A DNA stretch of 64,000 bases. It comes from Eledone cirrhosa (lineage: Eukaryota). Under the pieces are notes generated by a model that saw only the letters and a list, made by a program, of their open reading frames with translations, made no database searches and was not told the DNA's origin. Positions 39,096 to 54,590 of the stretch are shown here, one piece after another (position 1 is the stretch's first letter; the number at the start of each line of letters is the position of its first letter). The stretch lies in contig OZ024740.1 in assembly GCA_964016885.1 (NCBI GenBank), forward strand, positions 79,732,001 to 79,796,000, in the 5' to 3' direction. Position numbers and translations under genes: made by a program.

Positions 39096-41489
39096 ATATA
39101 TATATATATATATGTAAATACACACTTTGATTACTTGTACAGGCAATATTTAGAATGATGTTGTGTATACATTTTTGGGGGCCACCTTGTGTGTGTATGT
39201 ATATTGCTATTACGAAATATTATCCGTCTAATTGATAAATAACCACATTTATACATTTGATTGAGATTTCTGACTGTTGTATTTGAAATTATTTTTTATA
39301 TTGAAAATAAAAATGAAAATTCTGCAGATAGAGAATGTTCAATTTTCAAAACAATTGGGAAAAATTCGAAAATAATTGGGAAAAAAAATTGAAAAACGTA
39401 TAATAAAAAAAGGGTTTAACAAATTTTCGTTTAAGTGAATAATTGCCGACGAATGATTAAAGAATCCGTGCTGAAATGAATAAGGACCTGGGTAGGGATG
39501 CGATGAGGTTTAGATCAACGATCTTATAAGAATGTTTGGTTTTTCCCAAGAAAAGATTTCGTTTGGAAAATCGACCGATTACGTAATTTCTTCATCGTCA
39601 CAACATAATATTTTACGTAGTCGTTTGGGCTGCTAGAAATAGCAGCGAAATTCCATTAAATCACATTTACTACCTTCAAAAAGAGAAGACAGTGTAGTTC
39701 TAGATACATACACACATACACATATAAAAGAACTAAGTGCACCTCTACGTATTCTCTTAAGCTGCTAGAAATAGCTGTCGAATTACTTAACTCACAGTGT
39801 CAGAAAAAAAAAATAATAGGAAGAACACATTGGATAATATATAGTCTTTGACATTCCAAAATATTAGGATGGTCACAGTTGGAACGCCTTTCATCCAGGG
39901 CTGACTTGGAACTAAATAACAATAGCAAAACTTAAATTCTAAAGCTGCCTCTAATTCATTCAAAATAAATGCTGGCGGCCATCACATTTTAATATTAGAC
40001 CCCCCCCTCTCATTCCCTCTCTCTCTTTCTCCCCCTCTCTTTCTCTCTCACATAGACAGCTTTTCCCTCTCTCAGTCACTCTCATTCCGTTGTCGTCTGT
40101 TTGTTTCTAGCTACCAATATTGATGCTGTTACTACTGTTGATGATGGCGGTGGTAGAGGTGTATAAACCAGTGTTGTGACACCATTTTTCCTCGGCATTG
40201 TTAGAATGTCTGTTCTGTTGCTGAGATTCATCTGAGTGATTCACTCATTTCCTCTCTCACCTACCAACTCCTCCCCCTATATCTCTTTCTGGCTTTTACA
40301 ATCTATCTATCAATTCAATCTCTGTGCATTTGAATGTGTGTATGTGTGTTCTATATTTATTCTCCTTTGGCTAAGCCATCGTGCACCGTTCTCTCCCCTC
40401 TTTGCCAGTTGACGCACTTGGGATACTTTTTCATCTATATTTGTGTAATTCACCGAATGGCATAACTTGTCCTGTCTTTGTCTCCACCTGTTTTGTAACG
40501 TCCCAATGTGCAGTAGAATGAATGGTATCAACATTAAACCTATCGAAACCATAGTGATTTCCAGAGGTTGACTGAGGAGATAGGCCTGTCTGTTTTCTCA
40601 TTGTTTTTCGTCATCTTTGTCCCTATTTTGAATATATATTACTCTCTGTTAAATAGTTGGTGATAAGAAGGGCATACAGCTGTAGAAAACCTGCCCAAGG
40701 GGGGGTGCCCCAGCATGGCCTCAGCCGGATGGCTGGAACAGGTATAAGAGTAAACAAAGGACTATCACAAAGACATGACAACTTCCCTAGTGTTGGTGCG
40801 ACGATAAAATGTACTTAATAGTATGTGGGATCGTATGTCTGGCTCCCAGCCCACTTGAGTACTGTCTAGTCTCGTATGACTTCTCCAAGTCTTGCTGGCT
40901 GAGAAAACGGATGTTAAACAATTGTGATGATGAAGATAATGTTGAATCATATGGTTGAAGGTAAAAAACTTCTGGGAACATTCAGCAAACTAAATACACC
41001 TACATCCGGGTGTTACATATATAGTATAGAGAAATGAAAAGCTTCAATCAATTGAGATTATTCAAGCAATTAGTAGACAACATTTTCCTGTTGGAGTGTT
41101 TAATGAAATAAAAAAAAAGTGTGTATGTGTGTGTGGGGGTAACTCCAATAAGATCGGTTGATCGTAATTTTGACACAATACATATTGGAGTAGATCTGGT
41201 TTTTACAACCAGTTGGTGATAATCACAGTGAAGTTTTGTTACCCCTTCTCGGTGATGCATTTTCTAATTAGCTGATAAGATGTAGTGTGATCAAGCATTG
41301 TTTATAATGTCCAAGAATTTTGATAAACTGATCTTACTGGAGTTATCTTGTTTCCCACTAGAGGGAAGTTTTATCTATCTAGTTGCCTGGATATTCTCAA
41401 TTAAAAACGTGTGTGTGTATATAGACGTAAGGTAGGGCATTTAACAGGAGAAAATTATCTCAAAAAGTCTCGTCAAACCCATGTTCTTC

Positions 41490-41900
41490 TTCGCCCACTT
41501 ATTCTGGAGAGGATCGTGGGGGAAAAGTCCTCGAACACTCCTTCCAGTAGGTCCTGTCAGAAACAACTGTCTTCAACTGATCCGACTGGATCCCGAAGCG
41601 AGACCAGGAAAGCTCATGAATGTTATCCAACCATCTTGCTCGGGGTCTACACCTGGGTCTCCTGCTAGTTGGTTGCGCCCGTAAAATCTGTCCAGCGATT
41701 CTTTCCTGAGAGATTCTAACCATATGTGATTCTAATCACATAGTATGTGATCTCTCAATTCGGAGAAGTAGCGATTCTACCTGAAGTGACACTCTGATCT
41801 CCGAGTTACGCACTCTATCCAGTGATGTTACTCCAAAGACCTTTCGAAGGAACCCAATTTCGGCCGCTTGTATTCGCGATCGTATTCTTTCGGTCAACCC
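41490..41900 (-). mobile_element. RTE (Expander/Rex3-like) LINE 3' fragment
   Basis: AAEIGFLRKVFGVTSLDRVRNSEIR and RRPRCRPRARWLDNI motifs. Confidence 0.75.
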
Positions 41901-42037
41901 ATGTTAACATGGAAAATCCCATGTAAAAACTGCGATGTCAACGATGATGATGATAATGATGATGATATATGTATATCCTCCCTTGTCTGTCAGCTGTTTG
42001 TCATTCTCTCTTCTTCCCCCTCAAATATCTCAACTCT

Positions 42038-42094
<57 letters not shown>

Positions 42095-42116
42095 CTCTCT
42101 TTCTCTCTCTCTCTCA
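42038..42116. repeat. (CT)n microsatellite
   Basis: Direct observation. Confidence 0.95.
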
Positions 42117-42492
42117 CTCTACTCTCTATTTCCCAAGCCTCTCCTTTCTTCCTCCTCTCACTTCTTCTCTTCAACTCTCCTCCCCTCCCCCGGTCTCTTA
42201 TCTCTGTCTGTCTCCCTCGCTTCCTCCACCACCATCACCCTGTCTGTTTTCAAACAGCTGACAAATCAGATATATTAAAATTGTTCATATATGCAGATGA
42301 ATGCCCCAGTTCGAGGAGATGTGAGATGGCGCTGGTGTATGTGGTGGTTGTGAAGGTAGTTGTGCTGGTGGTATATAGCTGAGGCAAAGAGTGGCATGGT
42401 GTGACTGAGGGGTGGAGACAATACCAGTCGGGGAAGGCGTGGTGTGTGTGTGTGTGTCTGCTTCCTATTGTCATTCTAAAACAATTCCTTAA

Positions 42493-43453
42493 AATGGTGG
42501 TTGTATCAGTGTTGGTGGTTGTGGTAGTGGCGGTGGTGTTGAGGAGGTTGATGGTTGTAGTGGTGGTGATGGTGGTAGTGGTGGCGGTGTTGGCGAGGTT
42601 GGTGGTGGTAGTGGGGAAATTAATGGTTGTAGTGGTGGTGGTAGTGGCAGTGGTGGTGGTGTTGGCGAGGTTGGTGGTGGTAGTGGGGAAATTAATGGTT
42701 GTAGTGGTGGTGGTAGTGGCAGTGGTGGTGGTGTTGGGGAGGTTGATGGCTGTAGTGGTGGTGATGGTGGTGTTGGCGAGGTTGATGGTTGTAGTGGTGG
42801 TGATGGTGGTAGTGGTGGTTGTGTTGGGGTGGTTGATGGTTGTAGTGGTGGTGATGGTGGCAGTGGTAGTAATTGTGGTAGTGGTGAAATTAATGGTTGT
42901 AGTGGTGGTTGTGGTAATGGTGGTGTGGTAGTGGTGGTGTTGTTGGTGAGGCTAATGGGTGCAGTGATGGTGGTGGTGGTAGTGGTGAGATTAAAGGTTG
43001 TAGTAGTGGTGGTGGTGGTAGTGTTATAGTAGTAGTATTGTAGTAATGGCAGTGATAGTAATGATAGTGGTCATAGTTGTGGTTCTATTAGTAGTAGTAG
43101 TAGTAGTAGTAGTGGTAGTAGTAGTAGTAGTAGTGTTGGTAGTAGTAGTAGTAGTGGTGGTGGTGGTGGTGGTGGTAATGGTAGCAGTGGCGGTGGTGAT
43201 AGTAGTATTGGATGTGATAGTGACAGCAGTACTAATAATTGTGATAGTAGTAGTAGTGGTGGTAATAGCAGTAGTAGTAGAGGTGATAGTGGAAGTGGCG
43301 GTGGTCGTCGTACTACTATTGTTGGTGGTCATAGTAGCAGTATTAGATGTAGTAGTAGTGGTGGGGGTGGTAGTAGTGGTCACATTAGTAGTAGTAGTAG
43401 TAGTGGTGGTGGTGGTAGTAGTTGTAGTAGCAGTAGTAGGATTAGTTGTGGTT

Positions 43454-43488
<35 letters not shown>

Positions 43489-43528
43489 GGTGATGGTAGT
43501 ACTGGTCACATTAGTAGTAGTAGTAGTG
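42493..43528. repeat. (GTG/GTA)n low-complexity tract with a 63-bp tandem unit near 42585-42735
   Basis: Direct observation; produces the poly-V and poly-T pseudo-ORFs. Confidence 0.9.
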
Positions 43529-43664
43529 TCACATGGTTTTGTCTTACCATACCCTTTTTTAATGCTGGTTAAAACCAACGAAAATATTTTTCTCTGAGCA
43601 TCACATTCTCTGTGTGGTGTTTCTTTGTCTCCAGGTCTTACAGGACCTTTTCATTATGTATTCT

Positions 43665-43952
43665 GTAAAGTGGTTGTGCCACAACGAAAAGCACCCGGCC
43701 CACACTGTAAAGTGGTCATGTAGGTAACACAACAAAAAGTGGCCAGTCCATGTTGTAAAATGGTCGTGTAGGTGTCATGACAAAAAGCACCCAACACACT
43801 GTAAATGTGTTTGGTGTTAGGAAGGGCATCTAGCTGTAGAAATCAAGCCAAAACCAGTTCTATATGAGCAATACATTGTCATCTGACCTAACTTACCTCA
43901 CAATGGGACAACTCGTCTAACCCATGCTAGCGTGGAACATTGGACGTTAAAC
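43665..43952 (+). mobile_element. RTE 3' UTR fragment
   Basis: Repeated cacactgtaaa..aaaagcacc units and ggacgttaaacg end. Confidence 0.75.
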
Positions 43953-44518
43953 GGTTAGACCAGGTTAGTACTGAAGCAGGGCTACTGACCTCCCAGACAG
44001 GCCAAGTATCTGCATCTCGCTTAAGTATTGTCTAATATTCTAGTGAGTGCATAGGAGAGGTTGTCATGTCTTTGACACAACTGAGGGTCCTCCTAACCCT
44101 TTGTTTAGCAAGCTTTCTATAGCAGGAGGCCCTTCATAACATCATCCACTTAACAGCGTGTACTGTGTGTGTTTAATGTATAGATTAACAATATTAGGTA
44201 GGCCGTCATGTCCTTGACATAACAGAAGGGTCCTCCGAACCCTTGTTTGTATGATTTAAATGTCGTACATCTATTACAACATATGTAAGTTTTGTTTTGT
44301 CTTGTTTTTTTCATCTTCATACTGCAAGGACAGTGTTTGACCACTTTGACCAGTGACACCGAATGGACCAAATGTACCATCGCTAGGGGTTGAAAGTGTA
44401 GGTCCATTTCAATAGCTGATGAATCTATAAGTTTTTTATTTACTTGCATATATATACGCAAACACACATATAAACATAAATTTGCTCAACACACATTCAT
44501 ATATATATATATATATAT

Positions 44519-44702
44519 GGTTCCACACTGTAAATGTGGTTGATGTTAGGAAGGGCATCCAGCCGTAGAAAACCTGCCAGATAGTCCTATATGAGCGAGA
44601 CACGGTCACCCGACCAACCTTGCTTCAAGTGGGACAACTCCCGTTTAACCCATGCTAGCATGGAAGATGGATGTTAAACGAAGAAGAAGATGATGATGAT
44701 GA
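44519..44702 (+). mobile_element. RTE 3' end fragment
   Basis: aggaagggcatccagccgtagaaaacc...gatgttaaacg-(GAA/GAT)n. Confidence 0.8.
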
Positions 44703-44709
44703 TATATAT

Positions 44710-44897
44710 ATGACTTCTACATGACTACAACTGTTTCATTTGAATGAGATCATCAGGAATATTCCGATAATTTCATATGAATGAAATAGTTCTCGTCCTG
44801 TAGAAGCCATTTCTATATATAATAAAGATGCCTATACTCTACCAATGTATTGAGTACCTTTTTTAACTGTGGTTACTCCTAACACAACTTAGGAATC
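44710..44897. mobile_element. Decayed family D fold-back with HHR remnants
   Basis: rc ttc-CTGATGA-tctcattcaaat-GAAA-cagttgtagtcatg-TA-gaag; tail tactctaccaatgtattgagtacc. Confidence 0.6.
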
Positions 44898-45449
44898 TAT
44901 ATCTATATTTATAAATATTGAGTAACATTTTGTGTACACAGAAAATGTTACTCAACTCTCAGCCTTTTACACATACATCTACACACACAAATTCACACAT
45001 ACACATAAATTCATAAGTAAACATATACACACTTATCCATACATGTATGGGAATACAGAAACACAGAAACACATACACTTAAGCACACATACACTCAGTG
45101 TCAGATTTAGGACAAATGGGGCTCTGTGCTAGTTAAGTTATGAGGCCCCTTACTTGGGTCCTGAAGGAGGTAAAGAAATTTTTTGGTAGGAAGATGGGTT
45201 CCCCAGGTCAGCAGGACCCTGTGCTTAAGCACACCTAAGCACAATGGTAAATCCAGCATATATACACATATATACAGCATATATACACATAAAATATACA
45301 CAAAAAAGCTCCCAGTACATGCTGTTATAATCTGGTTGGCATTAGGAAGGGCATTCAGCTATAGAAAACCAAGCCCAAAACAGATTGTATATGGTTGTCT
45401 GATCTGTGAAGCATGGAAAATAGATGTTAAACGTTGATGATGATAATGA

Positions 45450-45648
45450 TGGTTTCTTATATAGGCACAAGGCCAGCAATCTTGGGGGAGGGGAAAGTCG
45501 ATTAAATCGACCCCAGTGCGTGACTGGTACTTTGTTTTATCGACCCTGTAAGGATGAAAAGCAAAGCTAACCTCGGCGGGATTTGAACTCAAAATGCAAA
45601 GGGATATAACTCTATGCCATGAAGCATAGTGTCCGACACTCTACTGAT
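45450..45648 (-). mobile_element. tRNA-SINE
   Basis: rc B box gagttcaaatcc and central domain. Confidence 0.75.
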
Positions 45649-46299
45649 GATGATAATAATGACACATATACATCCTTGTATACATATATATGCCCAAACA
45701 TTGAATTCTACTCTTACATATACACTTGCATGATACTGTCTGTTTCAGCTTTGTGCTCCCTGAGTTAAAATTTTTCTAAGGTAATCTTTTTTCTTTCATT
45801 CTAATAGGGATGAAAACAAAGGACAGATAAGATGCCTTGTGTTATTTGTTCTAGCCTTTTACCTTATAAATTCAAGTCTTGGGTGGTAGATTTAGTCCAT
45901 GACACAATTTAACACACCCACAAAGCACCATTAGTTCTGTTAGTGGAGTCTATTCTATTGTAAGTATTTGAACCAGATCTGCAGTTTGAGTCCCTCCAGT
46001 GAGGGTTAAAAACAAAAATAATATATTCTCATTCTTAAACACACACACACACATATATAAATACACACTCATGTGCCCATACATACACAAACATATCTAT
46101 ACAAATGCGTGCTGCACACACATATGCATACACATACATAGATGATGTGGAGATTAAAGCATTAGTGAGAAAGATTTATGAATAAAACAAAGAATCTGAA
46201 ACTACTTACATTATCACTGACTGACATCTGCTGACTGTGTATGTGTGTGTGTGTTTGTTTGTGTGTGTGTGTGCATGTACATATATACACATGTGTTAT

Positions 46300-46450
46300 T
46301 GACAGACGAGAGAATGAGTACTCAATACCGAAGTAGAGTTTAAATATTCATTTATTATGGCTAAGTGGTGAGCTTTGTTCCTCTGGAGTTTCACCTGTGC
46401 ACTCACAAGATCATCAGACTAGCGTCTTAGCCATAAAAAATGAATATTTA
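46300..46450 (-). mobile_element. Short fold-back with decayed HHR (~46372-46423)
   Basis: rc gctagt-CTGATGA-t cttgtg agtg cacagg t-GAAA-ctc ca gag-G; U16.1 lost. Confidence 0.55.
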
Positions 46451-47099
46451 TACATCTACATCTACCATTATCATATAATATGCATATATATCATCACATA
46501 ATATGTATATATATATATATATATACACAGATATATTGTATGATGATATGTTTTGTCTCATATCCATTATATTTTTATTTGTGAATAGCTCTCTTTTTTT
46601 TTAGTAGCCATTGGTTTGCTGGGATAAGTAGCATTGTCCTAGCATCTGAAACTACACACATGCTTATATATGTATGTAATATATACTCCTGAAGAGGCTT
46701 AAAGAGGTTATAAGTTGAAACCACTCAAACTTGCTGCTGATTCTCTACCTCGTTCATATATATGTATGCATATATATATATATATATATATACAAAGATA
46801 TTAAATAAATGGAAACTATATTTATAAGGGTACCAAGACACATTGGTACGCTTTCATCAGATAAAATACAAAGTTTGTTTTATAAACAGAGATTAAATGC
46901 CCCTTCTACTTATATATATATATTTCATTCATTCATTTCATTTTACGTCCGCTTTTTCCCTGCCTGCAAGGGTGGGACGGGAACTGATTCTGGCTTGATT
47001 TCTACAGCTGGATGCCCTTCCTAACACCAACCTCATTTACAGTAAGTGCTGGGTGCTTTTTTGCCATGGCACCTTCACGACCACTTTGCAGTGGAATGA

Positions 47100-47906
<807 letters not shown>

Positions 47907-47940
47907 CATACATACATACATACATACATACATACATACA

Positions 47941-47989
<49 letters not shown>

Positions 47990-49995
47990 CATCATCATCA
48001 TCATCATACGTCCGCTGTTCCCTGCTTGCAAGGGTGGGACTGATCTTATTCAGCACAGCATCTCTCCACAGTCCTTCGTCATCTCCACCGTGAGCTTCAG
48101 CGATCTGAGGTCTGTTCTCACCACCTCCGCCCATGTTTTTCGTGGTCTACCTCTACCACGTCTTCCTTCAACTGGCATTTCCTGGCACTTCTTCACCCAT
48201 CGGTCATCCTCCATGCACATCACATGTCCATACCACCTCAGTCTTCTCTCTCGCACACTACATTCTATCCCTCTCAGACACAGTTTCTATCTCAACACAC
48301 TCATGCTGGGTCGTTCATGCACATTGACATTGCACATCCAACGGAGCATGCTTGCCTCATTTCTCTCCAGCCGTCGCATATCCTCTGCAGTTGCTGCTCA
48401 TGTCTCACTACCATTCAGCATCGCGCTCCTCACACAGGCATCATATAACCGGCCTTTCGTACGCAGGGAGAAACCCTTCTTCGTCAGCAGAGGAAGCAGC
48501 TCCCTAAACTTCTTCCAACCCGTCCTTATTCGGGATACTATGGCCTTGGAACATCCCCCTCCCATGCTAATCTGATCTCCTAGGTACCGGAAGCTATCCA
48601 CCACTTCTATAGCACCCACTTGCATTTGAAAAATGTGTCTATCAATGTGACTTCTACTGTCTAATTTTCCTGTACATCTACTGCATTCGTATTTCTCCCT
48701 ACCTGTTAGTTTGCCTGCTATCCCGCTACATCTCTTGTGTACCCAGGATCTGCATTGTGTGCATTTTATAGAATTTATGCCAGTTCCTTTTCTGCATATC
48801 GAACATGGCCATTTCCGTGACGGAATCAGAGTTTTGTCCTCTTTTCTACTCATCAACACTTTTATCTTAGCTAGGTTCACTCTCAGTCCTCTTGCTTCCA
48901 ACTGCTGTTTCCATAGCCAGAATTTATTCTCTAGCTCCTCTACTGATTCTGCTTATAAGAACCAGATCGTCAGCATAGAGAAGTTCCCATGGACAGCCAG
49001 TCTTAAACTCCTCTGTTATGGCCTGAAGGACTATCATAAACAAGAACGAGCTGAGGACCGAACCTTGATGTACTCCTACTTGTACCTGGAATTCCTCACT
49101 AAACTCCATTCCTACTCTGACTTTACTGACAGTACCTCTGTACAAAGTTTGCACTGTCCTCACAAGCCATTCCTCAACACCTAGTTTCCTTAGGGACAAC
49201 CAGATGACAGATCGGGATACCCTATCAAAGGCCTTCTCTAGGTCAACAAAGGCTAAGTATAGTGGCTTATTTTTCTCTAAGAACCTCTCTTGTAATTGTC
49301 TCACCAAGAAGAGGGCATCTGTTGTACTCTTCCCAGGCACAAAACCAAATTGCATCTCATCTAGTTTGACCCTTTCTCTAATTAGTTGTGCTAATATCCT
49401 TTCTGTCACTTTCATAACCTGATCCATCAGTTTTATACCCCTATAATTTCTCCTCTCCAGAGCATCCCCTTTACCTTTGTAGCAATTTATGAGAATATTG
49501 CTGCACCAGTCTTTGGGTATGACACCACCATATATAGCCTGATTGGTGATGCGTGCAACCAGTTTAGTGCCTACGTCCCCTGATGCCTTCAGCATCTCAG
49601 CAACTATCCCCGATGGTCCAGCAGCCTTACCATTTTTCATTTCCTTAATCACCTCTTGGACCCTATATTCGTTAATCTCAATAGCTGGTCCCTCTGTCGG
49701 ATCTACTGAGGGTAATTTCTCTCTCTCCCATTCGTTCTCCACATTCATCAGTCTCTCATAATGACATTTCCAGGCCTCCTTTTTCTGATCATTCGTGACA
49801 CTAAGTACACTGGCATCATTCCGGACACATTATCTCCAACAACATCCTGATTTGCATTGACACACTGCCTTGCAATGTGGAACACCGTACGCCTCTGATC
49901 TTCCCATTGCAGAACATTGGCAAACCTCCTACTCTCAGCCTCCCTGCGTGCTAAGTATACCTGATGTCTAGCTTCTCTCTTAGCGGCTGTATATC
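47990..49995 (-). mobile_element. 5'-truncated RTE LINE, RT domain largely present (frameshifted)
   Basis: KGKGDALERRNYRGIKL, QFGFVPGKSTTDA, AFVDLEKAFDRV, GVHQGSVLS, LLYADDLVL; PHD-like insert; short 3' UTR. Confidence 0.95.
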
Positions 49996-50009
49996 CTATA
50001 TATATGTAT

Positions 50010-50525
50010 ATATGAGAGGAGCTAATAAACATTAAACAATCTTTTAAATAAATTAAAATACAATTTAAATATTTACCTCTTCTAATGCCATGACTGACGG
50101 TTTCGCTGATCAAAAGATTGGAAATTCAGAGAATTTCCAATGGAAAGATACAGCTCTTCAGATAGCTTTTCCAAACATAAGTCCAAGTAGAAGTAAATGC
50201 ATCGCTTTCTGCCCGGTGTATGAAATCAAGCCGTTAAAATGACCCACACATAAATAGGCCGTAAGAAAAAGCGGGAATTATAGACTCGTTGATATTTCAT
50301 GTTATTAGAAATAGCAGCATGATACAACATTTTTTTCTCTACATTAAGGAGAATTCAAATAAATGATATAGATATTCCAGTAGGTATTAAGTACCCACGG
50401 AAATATATATGGTGTCTATAATAATGGTTGTTCTATGGTACTAATTTGAGATACCAGAACTGTAAATATGAGCGGAACAAGTAAACATTAAATAATCTTT
50501 TAAATAAATTAAAATACGATTTAAA

Positions 50526-50528
<3 letters not shown>
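50010..50528 (-). mobile_element. Element with ~50-bp terminal direct repeats and an HHR-like motif (50092-50166)
   Basis: rc CTGAAGA-gctgtatc..attggaaatt ctctg aatttccaat..gatcagc-GAAA-ccg-TC; stem I weak. Confidence 0.55.
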
Positions 50529-50577
<49 letters not shown>

Positions 50578-50585
<8 letters not shown>

Positions 50586-51390
50586 TTGAAGACTAAAATC
50601 CAAAGAGGGCTCGATAAGGATAAATATATATGAAATATATAAGAACCGTAGAGCAAATATTTATTAAAATAACAAATTAAAGTTTAAGCAAAGAATCGCT
50701 GCTTTCACCCTTAACGGGATCTTCTGAAACTAACAAAGACAATCTGTGAACGCAGAAGTGAATATTTAAAAAAAACGTTGCAACCGGAGGAAGACAGGAA
50801 GATGATACTTTAGTTCATGAAAACGTTCCCTGGCAAATAACGGGAAAAAACGAATATAATACGTCATTATTTGGAGCGGTGAAAAACAATTACATGCAAA
50901 GACAAAACCACGTTTATGGTATAAAAGAAGTCGTAGACTAATATTCTATTAGGTGGTTCATAGAAACGTTCTCTGGCAATGAACGGAAAAAACGAAGATA
51001 ATACGTCATATGTGGAGCGGGGAGAACAATTGCACACAAAGAGAAAACCACGTAAATGGTATAACTGAAGTCGTAGACTAAAATTCTAACTAGGAAACCG
51101 AATGATTCTCAGCTTCAGAGTTAAGAATAAAGTAAATAAATACAATACAGAGGTAATTGAAATTAAATAAATACATACACGCATCCATATATGTACATAC
51201 ACAAGCATACGCAAAAACACTCGCCCTAGGTATACAAATACACGCACGTACACACAACCCCACCCCCCCCCAAAAAAAAAACCCGCACGCACATACAGAA
51301 CCCACGCAACGCCTGTACCCATACACATTCGAATGTATACACCAAATACACATAAAAATATATATTAAAAAAAATATATATATGTGTGTG
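50578..51390 (-). mobile_element. PLE pLTR fragment (family of 57598-60250)
   Basis: Similar to 57605-58265 and rc of 59560-60250; internal ~125-bp tandem. Confidence 0.75.
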
Positions 51391-51414
51391 TAGATATTTA
51401 TATATGATTTGTCA

Positions 51415-51457
<43 letters not shown>

Positions 51458-51470
51458 ATGTGTGTTTATA

Positions 51471-51507
<37 letters not shown>

Positions 51508-51508
<1 letters not shown>

Positions 51509-52526
51509 ATAGTTCTATAGAAGTAGTAGACACTTTCCGTTACCTGGGTGACAAAATCAGCAATGGAGGAGGGTGTTCTGAAAGTACAGTAGCCAGAGTC
51601 AGAACGGGATGGAAAAAGTTCAGAGATCTTATACTGCTGTTGGCCACAAAAGGTTTCCCTCTAAAAATGAAAGGCAGATTGTATGATGCTTGTATACGAA
51701 CAGCAATGCTACATGGCAGTGAGACATGGGCATTACATGCAGAGGACCTGCGCAGACTGGAAAGGAACGAAGCATGCATGCTCCGTTAGATGTGTAATAG
51801 TAATATACGTGAACGGCAAAGCATAAATGAACTAAGTGAGAAATTAGGAATAAGAGGGATCAGATGCTGTTTACTTGAGAGAAGACTACGTTGGTATGGC
51901 CACGTGATGCGCATGAAAGACGACAGCTGTATAAAAAAGTGCAGGGCGATCAAAATTGATGGTAGTTACGGAGTAGGTAGACCCAGAAAAACCTGGGACG
52001 ATCTAATAAATTCCAACCTTACACATTTGCACCTCTCTAAGACAATGTCACTGGACTGAGATCTTTGGCGCTACGCAGTAATAGAGAAGACCCGCCTTGC
52101 CTATGTACAAAGCAAAACCTACAGTCAGTAGGCAGCTCTTAACCAAATATACACCACAATCCACTACCCCTACCCTATCCTCCCACTCCTACCAACACCA
52201 CCCTCTCTCTGTAAAGTTGGTACCACAACATCCAGTCCGAATAAATGAGATAATGAGATCGAGATTGTGTAGGTGTCACAACAAAAAACACACAGTCCAC
52301 GCTGTAATGTGGCTGTGTAGGTAACACGGTAAAAACTTCCCAGTTCCACACTGTAAATGTGGTTGGTGTTAGGAAGGGCATCCAGCCGTAGAAAACCTGC
52401 CAGATAGTCCTATACGAGCGAGACACAGTCACCCGACCAGCCTTGACTCAAATTGGGACAACTCCCGTCTAACCAATGCTAGCGTGGAAAATAGACGTTA
52501 AACGAAGATGATGAAGATGATGATGA
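51508..52526 (+). mobile_element. RTE LINE 3' fragment
   Basis: FRYLGDKIS...SETWAL...[11 protein letters not shown]; in-frame stop near 51789; 3' UTR and tail. Confidence 0.9.
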
Positions 52527-52532
52527 TATATA

Positions 52533-52566
<34 letters not shown>

Positions 52567-52568
52567 AT

Positions 52569-53477
52569 CATCATCATCATCATCATCATCACTGTTTTAC
52601 GTCCGTTCTTCCATGCTAGCATGTGTTAGACGGGTTGTCCTGTTGTGGGCAGTGTCTGGTCGGCTGACCATGCCTTGCTCATACAGGAACTGATTTTGGC
52701 TTGATTTCTACAGCTGGATGCCCTTCCTAACACCAACCTCATTTACAGTGATTGCTGGGTGCTTTTTTCCGTGGCGCCTACACGTCCACTTTATAGTGTG
52801 GGCTGGGTGCTTTTTTGCCGTGGCATCTCCACGACCACTTTACAGTGGAGGGTGTGGGGGCATATTGTCTATATGCTTCAGCTTGTACCCATGGGAGGTC
52901 GGGTACTCTGTATTATTGCGTGACGCCAGAGGTCACGGTCGTGTGTCATCGCCTTTGAGAGGTGTAATTGGGTAAGGTCGGCTTTTATCACCTCATCCCA
53001 GGTCTTCTTGGGTCTCCCCACTCCGCGGTTTCCATTGACTTCTAGTGCTCTGCACCTTTTTATGCAGCTGTCATCCTTCATACGCATCACATGTCCATAC
53101 CAACGCAACCGCCTCTCCTGCACACAGCATTTGATTCCTCTTATCCTCAGTCTCTCTCTCAATTCATTTATGCTTTGCTGTTCGCGTATATTACTATTAC
53201 ACATCCATCGGAGCATGCAGGCTTCGTTTCTTTCTAATCTACGTAAGTCTTCCACCTTCAGCACCCAGGTCTAACTACCATGTAACATTGCTGTTCGGAT
53301 ACACGCATCATACAGTCTGCCTTTTATTTTGAGGGAGAAGCCTTTTGCAGCTAGCAGTGGCAGTAGTTCCCTGAACTTCTTCCATCCCGTTCTTACCCTA
53401 GTTATTGTACTTTCTGAACACCCACCTCCGCTGCTAATTCGGTTACTTAGGTAGCAGAAGCTGTCTACTGTTTCTAC
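52569..53477 (-). mobile_element. RTE LINE 3' fragment
   Basis: ORF 52878-53264 with [11 protein letters not shown]...GRPKKTW; (CAT)n on the plus strand. Confidence 0.9.
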
Positions 53478-54319
53478 ATATATATATATATATATATAGA
53501 ATAGAATTACAATTTAGCTTCATACATATTTATAATCACTGTAAATGTGGTTCGTATTAGGAAGGATATCCAGCTGTAAAATCCCCGGCCAAATTTACAG
53601 TCCCATCGGGAGCAAGGTACAGTGTGGCCAATTCTGGTTAGACTTGTCTCCTGATGTGGACAACCCATCTAACTCATGCAAGCATGGAAAAATGGTGATG
53701 GTGATGATATATATTTATATATATATATATATACACATGCATATAATATTTTTCTAGAGCAAAAAATTTCAATCAAGTTTTTAATTTTCTCATAAATTTC
53801 AAATTCTGCTTATCATTTCTAAACATACATTCATATATATATCCTTTATTCTCTATTCCAACCAGAGTGATGGCCATTCTGGGGTTGTGTGTGTATATAG
53901 TTGTGTAATGATGTAGGAGAGGTGTTTTCTATTTTACTTCCTTTTTATCTCCTCCTTCTTCTTCTTCTGTTATGACCTCCCTAACCTTGTCCCTTCCTCT
54001 TCATTATCTAACCTTATTCCATACAAACATCTAACATACAGTATCACAGATAGTATATATATTCTCAATAAGCCTCTGCACTTTACATTAGGGTCTAAAT
54101 CCTCTTCCTCTGACCTTCAAACTCCCATCTGTTTCACACCCAACAACATCTGCCATTCACAAGCTGCTGGTTCTTATATATGTTGCTGTTTAACCCCTTT
54201 GTTACAATGAAATACACAGCCTATGGGTTTCAATGGATTTGGAATAATAAAAAATATGTGAAGCAATTCTAGTAAAATAACTAACATTTTTATTATTAAG
54301 CATCAGGCACCATGTTTTT

Positions 54320-54496
54320 CAGTATAGAGTTACGACCCTTTACGTTCTGAGTTCAAATCCTGCCGAAGTTAACTTTGCCTTTCATACTTACGGAGTCAAT
54401 AAAATAAAGCACCAATGAGGCACCGGGGTCAATTTAATTGACTTTCCTCTCCCCACAAGTTGATGGCCTTATGCTTGTAGTAGAAGTGATTATTAA
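54320..54496 (+). mobile_element. tRNA-SINE
   Basis: B box and central domain. Confidence 0.7.
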
Positions 54497-54522
54497 GTTG
54501 TAGTTTTAGTAGCAGCAGCAGC

Positions 54523-54590
<68 letters not shown>

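Noticed and set aside
42258-42335. Possible host exon after a pyrimidine tract (ttttcaaacag)
   Set aside because: Tract is a (CT)n microsatellite; weak donor; no recognisable peptide
42401-43597. Poly-Val and mucin-like poly-Thr ORFs
   Set aside because: Trinucleotide low-complexity DNA with no domain or splice support
46684-46870. CTGAAGA..GAAA at 46689 and a family B CTGATGA at ~46855
   Set aside because: First lacks stems III and I; second has lost GAAA by deletion
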